64,000 nucleotides of DNA from Bacteroidales bacterium. Lineage in GTDB: Bacteria; Bacteroidota; Bacteroidia; Bacteroidales; WRLA01. Position numbers and translations under genes: made by a program. The DNA is taken from contig WRLA01000005.1 in the NCBI GenBank assembly GCA_009777825.1, positions 9,286 to 73,285 on the forward strand. Reading direction: 5' to 3'. Under the pieces are notes generated by a model that worked only from the letters and a program-made list of their open reading frames with translations, made no database searches and was not told where the DNA came from. Shown one piece after another: positions 54,704 through 64,000 of the stretch (positions are counted from its first letter, which is position 1; each line of letters opens with the position of its first letter).

Positions 54704-55444
54704 ATGTCAGGACACAGTAAATGGTCAACCATAAAACGCAAAAAAGGAGCGTTGGATGCTAAGAGGTCAAAGATTTTCTCACGCATTATCAAAGAGATAA
54801 CGGTAGCAGTGAAAGAGGGCGGCGCCGACCCCGACGGCAATCCGAGACTGCGCATGGCTATCGCCAACGCCAAAGGAAACAGTATGCCGAAAGACAATAT
54901 CGAGCGCGCCATCAGCAAAGGAAAAGATAAAGACGGATCCAATTTTTCGGAACTCACCTACGAAGGATACGCGCCTCACGGCATCGCCATCTTCCTGGAA
55001 TGTACGACCGACAACACCCAGCGCACCGTCGCCAACGTGCGAAAGGTATTTACCAAATACGGCGGAACACTCGGCACCAATGGCTCGCTGAGTTATCTGT
55101 TTGATAGAAAAGGTATTTTTGTCGTCCCTAAAGGAAATCTCACCCCCGACGAGTTCGAAATGGAAATCATTGACGCCGGCGCCGACGACATCGAACTGAC
55201 CGACGACAACTTTATCATCACCACCTCCATAGAAAACTACGGCTCGATGAACAGCAAGTTGGAAGCGATGAGCATTGAACCGGAAACAGTTGAGCTGCAA
55301 CGTATTCCAAACGAAACGAAAGCGCTGGACTTGGAGTCGAGTTTGAAAATCATGAAGATGATTGACACTTTCGAAGAAGATGATGACGTCCAAAATGTCT
55401 TTCATAACCTCGAAGTTACGGATGAATTGGCGGCGGCTTTATAA
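54704..55444 (+). CDS. yebC: YebC/PmpR-family transcriptional regulator
   Basis: MSGHSKWSTIKRKKGALDAKRSKIFS is the canonical family N-terminus. Confidence 0.95.
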   Translation: MSGHSKWSTIKRKKGALDAKRSKIFSRIIKEITVAVKEGGADPDGNPRLRMAIANAKGNSMPKDNIERAISKGKDKDGSNFSELTYEGYAPHGIAIFLECTTDNTQRTVANVRKVFTKYGGTLGTNGSLSYLFDRKGIFVVPKGNLTPDEFEMEIIDAGADDIELTDDNFIITTSIENYGSMNSKLEAMSIEPETVELQRIPNETKALDLESSLKIMKMIDTFEEDDDVQNVFHNLEVTDELAAAL

Positions 55445-55539
55445 TTACGAATTGTGATTGATTGAATAATTGAATCTTCTGGATTGCTTCGCTACGCTCG
55501 CAATGACGCCAAGCCCCCCCGTTAATTCGTAATTCATCC

Positions 55540-56700
55540 ATGGCAGGTATTTACGTCCATATTCCATTTTGCAGGTCGAAGTGCGCTTACTGCAACTTTT
55601 TCTCGGTGGCGACGAAACGCCATGTTGATGAGGTGTTGTCGTCTATTGTGAAAGAGTTGTCGTTGCAACGTCGTTTTTTGCGGGGAGAAAAGGTGGAAAC
55701 CATCTATTTTGGAGGCGGAACGCCCTCGATAGTTGCGGCGGAGCGGCTTTTTACGATTTTGGATGCTGTTTACGACAATTTTCCGGTGGCGGATGACGCT
55801 GAAATAACTATCGAAATCAATCCCGATGACGCTTCCATGGATTATCTGTCGGCATTGTCGTCAAGATTTAACCGCTTAAGCATTGGCATACAGTCGTTTG
55901 TGGAGGAAGATTTATTGCTACTCGGAAGAAAACATAACGCTGAACACGCCCGCGAAGCCGTTTTGAATGCTCGCAAGGCGGGGTTTACTAATATTAATAT
56001 AGACCTTATTTACGCCCTATCCAAAAGTCGAAATTTTTTACCACAAAGGTTCACAAAAAAACTTTTGAGACGGTCTCACAATTGGAGAAAAACGCTCTCT
56101 ATGGCGCTTGCCTTGGCTCCCGAACATATCTCGGCGTATGCTTTGACAGTGGAAGAGAATACGATACTTCACCGAAAAATAGAACAAGAGCATCTTTCAA
56201 TGATTTCGGATAATAACCTTGAAAATCAATATAATATATTGATAAAAAAACTCTCCGAAGCCGGTTACGACCATTACGAAATTTCCAACTTCTCGAAAGC
56301 CGGCTATGCCTCGAAACACAACAGCGCCTATTGGAACGGAACGCCGTATCTGGGCGTAGGACCTTCGGCGCACAGTTTCAACGGCGACCTCCGGCAGTGG
56401 AATGTGGCGAAAATAGCGGATTACTGTCAAGCCATCGAACAGTCGAAAATCCCTGCTACATCGGAAGTGTTAAGTGAAACGGATAAATATAACGAGTTCG
56501 TTATGTTGCAGTTACGGCAGAAGTCGGGCGTTGTACTGTCGGAGTTAAATCGCCGCTTTGGACAAGCAATGTCGGATTATTTTACGAATAAAATCGCTAC
56601 TTATGTTTCGTCGGGCAATGTTATCAACGACGGCGACCGGTTTTATCTGCCGGAGACTTCGTTTTTAATATCGGATTATATCATTTCAGATCTATTTTAA
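55540..56700 (+). CDS. hemW: radical SAM heme chaperone HemW (HemN-like)
   Basis: CRSKCAYCNF (CxxxCxxC), YFGGGTPS, RLSIGIQSF. Contains an in-frame repeat-derived insertion near 56027..56076. Confidence 0.85.
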   Translation: MAGIYVHIPFCRSKCAYCNFFSVATKRHVDEVLSSIVKELSLQRRFLRGEKVETIYFGGGTPSIVAAERLFTILDAVYDNFPVADDAEITIEINPDDASMDYLSALSSRFNRLSIGIQSFVEEDLLLLGRKHNAEHAREAVLNARKAGFTNINIDLIYALSKSRNFLPQRFTKKLLRRSHNWRKTLSMALALAPEHISAYALTVEENTILHRKIEQEHLSMISDNNLENQYNILIKKLSEAGYDHYEISNFSKAGYASKHNSAYWNGTPYLGVGPSAHSFNGDLRQWNVAKIADYCQAIEQSKIPATSEVLSETDKYNEFVMLQLRQKSGVVLSELNRRFGQAMSDYFTNKIATYVSSGNVINDGDRFYLPETSFLISDYIISDLF

Positions 56701-56738
56701 TTCTCAATTTTCAACTTTCAATTCTCAATTATTTTTCG

Positions 56739-56746
56739 TACCTTTG
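56739..56746 (+). promoter_or_regulatory. -7 box TACCTTTG upstream of rpsA
   Basis: 85 nt upstream of the ATG at 56831. Confidence 0.5.
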
Positions 56747-56830
56747 CACCCCCAAATTTTAATCTGGGAAAGAGTAATTAATTATTGTTTAATCCGACAG
56801 TTAACACTGTCATAATTAAGGGAAAAAGTA

Positions 56831-59359
<2,529 letters not shown>

Positions 59360-59386
59360 AAGAACTTTTTCATATTTTACCAATGA

Positions 59387-59415
59387 AGATGTCTCAAAAA
59401 TGAGACATCTTTTTT
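59387..59415 (+). terminator. rho-independent terminator after rpsA
   Basis: agatgtctca-aaaa-tgagacatct (10-bp perfect stem) followed by ttttt. Confidence 0.8.
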
Positions 59416-59488
59416 GTTTCTGTCTCTGTGTAATTCTGTGATTCTCTGTGCCTCTGTGCTGAAAAAAAAGGCTAAAGAAAAGTTATTT

Positions 59489-60109
59489 TTAATATCTTTC
59501 TGCTACCGTCCGTAGATACCCCGCCCCATCCGGTCCTTCATTAACTAACAAATCCAAAACGGAAAGATTGGGAACAAACGGAAACCGGTCGGAAAATACC
59601 TGATAATAAACCGGAAACTGCTCCAAAGAGAGCAAAAACGGTTTCTTCGGAGTTAAACGCAACCTCAAATCTTCGGATTCGGGAACGAAACGGTATTCTT
59701 CGGTAAACACAATCTCTTTTTCTATCTTAAAACAGGTAAGGAAAAAGCGCAGGAAAGCGTTATTATACGCTAACAACGACTTTTCGTCTCTGTAAATCAA
59801 CGATTTGATGGCGTCTTTGTAATAAAGGAAGTAGGGCGACTTGTTGTATGCCGACTCGATAGCCCGCCAATGGTTGTTTTGCCATTTCTGGGTGGCATCT
59901 ATCCGGATATCAGCGGTTATGGTTTTGTTTCCGTGCGGTTTTATTACCGGAATACTCAAATTCAACACGCCCTGAGCCGACAAAATGGCAGTCCGGTTGC
60001 GCCACGTTTGTTTGGGAAAAGTCTCCTGCGCCTCGATGACAACAATATCGCACGGCAGCAGCAATGCAAAATAAAGCGCCGGAGGCATGTAGGCTGTGGG
60101 GAAGAGCAT
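59489..60109 (-). CDS. WbqC-family protein
   Basis: 206 aa. QTWRNRTAILSAQGVLNLSIPV and PYFLYY resemble the WbqC family. Confidence 0.7.
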   Translation of the reverse strand: MLFPTAYMPPALYFALLLPCDIVVIEAQETFPKQTWRNRTAILSAQGVLNLSIPVIKPHGNKTITADIRIDATQKWQNNHWRAIESAYNKSPYFLYYKDAIKSLIYRDEKSLLAYNNAFLRFFLTCFKIEKEIVFTEEYRFVPESEDLRLRLTPKKPFLLSLEQFPVYYQVFSDRFPFVPNLSVLDLLVNEGPDGAGYLRTVAERY

Positions 60110-60115
60110 AGAAAA

Positions 60116-60571
60116 TTACTGCGCCGCCGGTTTTCCCAAAAGTATCGTCTCAATCATCTGTTGATACTGTTCTTTGGGGTATGCGCCTACGGTTTTTTGC
60201 GGCTGTCCTTTCATCGGGACAAAAAGCACCATCGGGATATTACGTGCCTGAAACATGGCAGCCAATTCCTTTTGCTGGTCGGTGTTGATTTTGTAAACGT
60301 AAATTTCTCCGGAATAGGTCTTCATGAACTCTTCCATGTAGGGAGCAATTTTACGGCAGGGACCGCACCAGTCGGCGTAAAAGTCTATAACACAAGGTTT
60401 GTCGCCTTTGTAAACAAATTCTGTCGGATTTTTATCGAAATCCCATACTTTTTCCAGAAACGTCTCTTTGGTGAGCATTTCCGGCTTTTTCTCGGTTTGA
60501 GCAGACAACGTCATCGCTGCTGCAAGGAACAATGCTCCGAAAACCATCTTTATTACAATTCTATTATTCAT
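60116..60571 (-). CDS. secreted thioredoxin-family protein
   Basis: WCGPC active site. Signal peptide MNNRIVIKMVFGALFLAAAMTLSAQ. Start placed downstream of the -7 box at 60617-60624. Confidence 0.85.
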   Translation of the reverse strand: MNNRIVIKMVFGALFLAAAMTLSAQTEKKPEMLTKETFLEKVWDFDKNPTEFVYKGDKPCVIDFYADWCGPCRKIAPYMEEFMKTYSGEIYVYKINTDQQKELAAMFQARNIPMVLFVPMKGQPQKTVGAYPKEQYQQMIETILLGKPAAQ

Positions 60572-60616
60572 TTTTAATGTATTTATCTTGTTAAAACTAT
60601 TTTTAATAATGCGCGG

Positions 60617-60624
60617 CAAAGGTA
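60617..60624 (-). promoter_or_regulatory. -7 box (TACCTTTG on the minus strand) upstream of the thioredoxin gene
   Basis: caaaggta on the plus strand, 46 nt upstream of the ATG at 60571. Confidence 0.5.
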
Positions 60625-60775
60625 CAACTTTTTTCGCAAACCGTACTATGCAATTTTTGTGCCATTTTTTTCAGCAAAATAATTGCAACTGTTGTTTATT
60701 TTCTAGGACGTAGTTGGATACATAACCATGACCAAAACATCACATAAATCAATCCGATTGCACTACAAATAATTC

Positions 60776-62668
60776 CTATTTCACCACCAATTTTTGCGTC
60801 GCCATAGCGTTTCCTGTGCGGACGGTTACGAAATAGACGCCGGCAGCCATGTTGTTGAGCGGGATTATCTTCTCCTTTTCGATGTTTTCGGCGTGGTACA
60901 CTGTTTGTCCGATCATGTTGTAGAGCGTGATATTTCCTTTTCCGTCGAATGTTACGGTTGCCTGTCCCGATGCGGGATTGGGTATGACGCGCAGCGCTAA
61001 TGGGTTGCTTTCGATAGTTTCAATAGCAAATGGATCCCAACATTCAACATAAAAGTGATAAAAATAGTTGTCTGTCGGATCGTGTTTACAAACAGGAGAT
61101 GTTCCCGAAGTTATATAAGTTCCCGGAAACATATCAACTTGCGCCATCAGGTGCATTCGGTTGCCGTCTATGCCTGCCAATGTCAGGTATGCAAATTCAT
61201 TATCAATGATGTTAACATTATTTACAAGATGTTCTGTTTGCCGCCAGGTCATTCCTCCATCCGCAGTGGAGGTATAGAACGGGTGATGGTAGTCGCTATG
61301 CCCGTTTAGCAATCCGAGATAAGTCAAATGCAGTTGATTATCAAGGTCAAATGCCATTTGAGGGAACGAGAATGCGTCTCCGATGCCATAACACATTGGG
61401 GATAAAAACGTTTCGTGGTCTATGTAAAAATAATGGTCATCTCTCATCGGTATGAAATATCCGATAATGGGCAACTGTGGAACGGTAGAGATGACATACA
61501 GTTTTTCTTCGTCTGAGCGTTCCCAGTCGAAATAATCAAGCACTATGGGTTCTATTACATCTTTACTGTAATTGGCTTCGCCGTCAATCGGCGCCATGTC
61601 TTCGTTCCAGTAGGAGAGGAAGGTGGATGTGAATCCCGAGAAAAAGGCTACCAAACCTTCTTCTTCGCTATTGGCAGCCATCACCACCGAGAAGGCGACG
61701 TGGATTTTCCCATAGAGATCTAATGCTATACATCCTTGTGCGGGAATATAGGCGGCGTCGGCATATTCGGAAGGGTCAATGTAAGGTCCGACGGGCGTGT
61801 CGAAGAACCTGATGCTCTCCCATGTTTCGCCGTTATCGCGCGACCTCAACACATAGCCATCGCTTCCAAAGTCTATAAACGCGCAGGCAACGGTATTGCC
61901 TTGATTAGCAAAAGTGATTCCGTCGCGATATTTACTGTGTGCATCCCACTCTTGTCCAACCATTTCGGGAACTAATGCGCTTTCAATGTCCCATGTCAAG
62001 CCGCCATCTTGGGTTCTGTAATAAAGCACGGGATTGTAATATCCTTTATATTGCTGACTTTCGGGCAATGCCATCGGCGACATGATGTGGAGGTATTCAT
62101 GATTGGGTCCGCTGGTGGTCATCCGCGCACAAGCCATGACGTAGCCGGCATCGGGCGAAGTTCCTTCGGGATAGGGAACGGAGATGATATTCCATTCGCC
62201 TTCACCTCTGTTTTCACGGGTAAGGAGTACCAAGCCGTTTACAATTGGCACGCCGTTGTGTTCGTAGGTGTCGGCGCTTTTAGCGAGAACGGCTTCGCCG
62301 CTTTTTCCCCATTGCGCATACGAGGGATTATACAGTGGTATTCCGCCTATTCTGTTTTCTTGTTTTTCTTCATCGTCCGGATTCCAACTCCATGTAAATC
62401 CTCCGTCCGTTGAATAAGAGTAGGCGACGCCCCGATTAGGGATGACGCTCCCCGAAAATTCCGGATTGTCATCCGTTGTCCATGTACAGCCGATAAAACC
62501 ATCGTCATGCAACGTGGTCATCGGGTAAACAGCATTTTGACTCTGACGGTCATAACTTTTCGAAATTCCGGCAGACTTCCATCCGCCAACATCAAGAAAG
62601 CGTTTTTCCTGCGCTACGACAGGCGTCATCAAACCTGCCATTAGCATACATAATAATACTTTTTTCAT
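60776..62668 (-). CDS. BNR/Asp-box repeat (sialidase-fold) protein with a T9SS C-terminal sorting domain
   Basis: Asp-boxes STDGGFTW, TQDGGLTW, SRDNGETW, STADGGMTW. C-terminus IPNPASGQATVTF...GVYFVTVRTGNAMATQKLVVK is a type-A Por secretion tail. Confidence 0.85.
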   Translation of the reverse strand: MKKVLLCMLMAGLMTPVVAQEKRFLDVGGWKSAGISKSYDRQSQNAVYPMTTLHDDGFIGCTWTTDDNPEFSGSVIPNRGVAYSYSTDGGFTWSWNPDDEEKQENRIGGIPLYNPSYAQWGKSGEAVLAKSADTYEHNGVPIVNGLVLLTRENRGEGEWNIISVPYPEGTSPDAGYVMACARMTTSGPNHEYLHIMSPMALPESQQYKGYYNPVLYYRTQDGGLTWDIESALVPEMVGQEWDAHSKYRDGITFANQGNTVACAFIDFGSDGYVLRSRDNGETWESIRFFDTPVGPYIDPSEYADAAYIPAQGCIALDLYGKIHVAFSVVMAANSEEEGLVAFFSGFTSTFLSYWNEDMAPIDGEANYSKDVIEPIVLDYFDWERSDEEKLYVISTVPQLPIIGYFIPMRDDHYFYIDHETFLSPMCYGIGDAFSFPQMAFDLDNQLHLTYLGLLNGHSDYHHPFYTSTADGGMTWRQTEHLVNNVNIIDNEFAYLTLAGIDGNRMHLMAQVDMFPGTYITSGTSPVCKHDPTDNYFYHFYVECWDPFAIETIESNPLALRVIPNPASGQATVTFDGKGNITLYNMIGQTVYHAENIEKEKIIPLNNMAAGVYFVTVRTGNAMATQKLVVK

Positions 62669-62696
62669 AACGGTATCTGTTTAAATTAATAATGTG

Positions 62697-62704
62697 CAAA
62701 GATA
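62697..62704 (-). promoter_or_regulatory. -7 box (TATCTTTG on the minus strand) upstream of the T9SS cargo gene
   Basis: caaagata on the plus strand, 29 nt upstream of the ATG at 62668. Confidence 0.5.
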
Positions 62705-62836
62705 TAACTTTTTTATTTATGTTTGCAAACTTTTTTTAAAATATAGCCACGAATGGCACGAATTTGCACTAATTGTTGTCTGAGCTGTGATTTAAATGTG
62801 ATTTAAATGATGTAATAAATTTATTACCTTTGCACC

Positions 62837-62977
62837 ATGAATTTTGATGATAAAAATATTAGGGAAGTACTGAAGACGGACGAGTTCGACTTGTACTATC
62901 AAAACCTTGACGAGCGCACACGAAACAAGTACGACTACGCCATACAGATAATTAAAACTATCAAGGATCAAGTATGA
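62837..62977 (+). pseudogene. 46-aa ORF, probable truncated HigB/Gp49-like toxin
   Basis: Hand translation gives MNFDDKNIREVLKTDEFDLYYQNLDERTRNKYDYAIQIIKTIKDQV. -7 box TACCTTTG at 62825-62832. ATGA overlap with the HTH gene. Under half the usual toxin length. Confidence 0.4.
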
Positions 62978-63276
62978 ATATCAGTGAAGAAAAATTATCA
63001 AGGCTGAAAAGAGCAGACGAACATTTTGACGAACGCTACGGCAAACCGGGAACATCGGAACGAAACGAGTTTGAAGCCAAAGCCAACGCATGGTATTACT
63101 CTGAAATGTTTCGGAGTGTACGGAAGAAAAAACGTATCACCCAGCGGGAACTCGCCGAGAAAATCGGCAAAAAAAGAGAATATGTTACCTTGCTGGAACA
63201 AGGTAAAACCGACATGCAGTTATCAACGTTCTTGCGCATCTCGGAGGCTTTGGGGATGAGGGTTACACTTTTATAG
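62974..63276 (+). CDS. XRE-family helix-turn-helix protein (HigA-like antitoxin)
   Basis: ITQRELAEKIGKKREYVTLLEQGKTDMQLSTFLRISEALG. Confidence 0.75.
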   Translation: MNISEEKLSRLKRADEHFDERYGKPGTSERNEFEAKANAWYYSEMFRSVRKKKRITQRELAEKIGKKREYVTLLEQGKTDMQLSTFLRISEALGMRVTLL

Positions 63277-63353
63277 GGAGAATCATGGAAACCGTCTATT
63301 TGGAGGAAGTGTTCACCAAAGATGCGGCGATGTATATTGTCTGAACTATGATT

Positions 63354-63560
63354 TTAATATGATTTGCCTGAGACCATGATTTTGCCCATGCCGCAAAGCC
63401 CTGAAAGGGCGAAATCCCCTTGCGCAGGGCAACGCCCTACGATAAAATTCCACCAATCCCATAAGCCCTGAAAGGGCGACATCCCCTTGGAGGCTGTCTC
63501 AAAAGTCTTTTTAACCACAAAGAGCACAAAGTACACACTGTTATATCGTATTAACCGATA
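63354..63560. repeat. cluster of dispersed short repeats
   Basis: Two copies of agccctgaaagggcga[a/c]atcccctTg (about 63399 and 63463), then gtctcaaaagt and cacaaag-type words also seen at other intergenic sites. Confidence 0.7.
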
Positions 63561-63685
63561 AGTCGGAACATCGCGTAAGGCGTTCCCTGAAATATTTTGA
63601 GAAAACAGAAAAATTAGAAGACTTTGGCTTTGCCCACGCCAACCGCAATACACTAATCAATTGCCGCTATGTTTTCGATACCGGA

Positions 63686-63997
63686 CTATCGCAAACCAAA
63701 AAAACTCAGCCCCACCTCAAAATCCTCCGTCGGTAGAAAGTCGTATTTTTCCCAGTGATAAACATTATCTTCTTGTGAATCAGGCAGATATGAGAAGTTT
63801 TCGATGGATAAGGAATCGTGGACGGTGAGGGAGTATTGCGCTTTTTGCAACGGTTTTCCCCATGCTTGGGTGGAGCGGAGGATGTAAACATTGTTTTTCA
63901 GCAAGGTTTGCGTATAGGCGATGTTGATATAGACCGTGTCGCGGGCTGCCAATTCCAGCATAAACGAGATGCTTTTATTCAAACTGCGGTAGGGCAT
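63686..63997 (-). CDS. hypothetical protein, possibly truncated by the window edge
   Basis: 103-aa ORF reaching to 3 nt from the window end. No motif recognised. Confidence 0.35.
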   Translation of the reverse strand: MPYRSLNKSISFMLELAARDTVYINIAYTQTLLKNNVYILRSTQAWGKPLQKAQYSLTVHDSLSIENFSYLPDSQEDNVYHWEKYDFLPTEDFEVGLSFFGLR

Positions 63998-64000
63998 GGT

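Noticed and set aside
63354-63653. 99-aa ORF on the minus strand.
   Set aside because: It is composed almost entirely of dispersed-repeat words (GDFALSGLCGMG, SPFQGLWDWW). It has no promoter box or coding-like composition.

Overview
The window looks like a Bacteroidota (Bacteroidales-like) chromosome segment. TAnnTTTG -7 boxes sit 20-115 nt upstream of many start codons. One protein carries a T9SS C-terminal sorting domain, and lpxB and an AsmA-family gene are present. Most of the window is ordinary housekeeping: nnr, pssA, glyA, cobB, recX, acyl-CoA dehydrogenase with etfBA, lpxB, class II RNR, surE, rsgA, nadK, yebC, hemW and rpsA. The main feature is an 18.5-kb, 17-gene operon on the minus strand (7385-25834, candidate promoter at 25904-25911). 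It combines a membrane-anchor-less FtsK/SpoIIIE-type ATPase with a family of ~90-aa helical proteins that resemble WXG100 but carry a W-x-D motif. Two larger proteins reuse that module as an N-terminal domain. One has an LAS/M15-like zinc peptidase C-terminus and the other a long Cys-free hydrophilic C-terminus. The operon also encodes three FHA-domain proteins, three Hanks Ser/Thr kinases, a PP2C phosphatase, an outer-membrane beta-barrel with TPR-like repeats, and two signal-peptide proteins. I read this as a type VII (ESX/Ess)-like secretion and effector locus under Thr-phosphorylation control in a diderm host. I know of no characterised equivalent in Bacteroidota. Secondary observations: an S41 peptidase gene bracketed by a 58-bp duplication of the pssA 5' end. 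Orphan kamE and CoA-transferase B genes. A GxxExxY cassette with perfect 18-bp inverted repeats. A candidate structured RNA with an intrinsic terminator. An in-frame repeat insertion in hemW. Tandem-repeat extensions of ribosomal protein S1. Two intact RelE/ParE-type TA pairs and one decayed pair. A family of short dispersed intergenic repeats. No tRNA, rRNA, CRISPR array, integrase or transposase was recognised. All calls come from reading motifs by eye; no database search was run.
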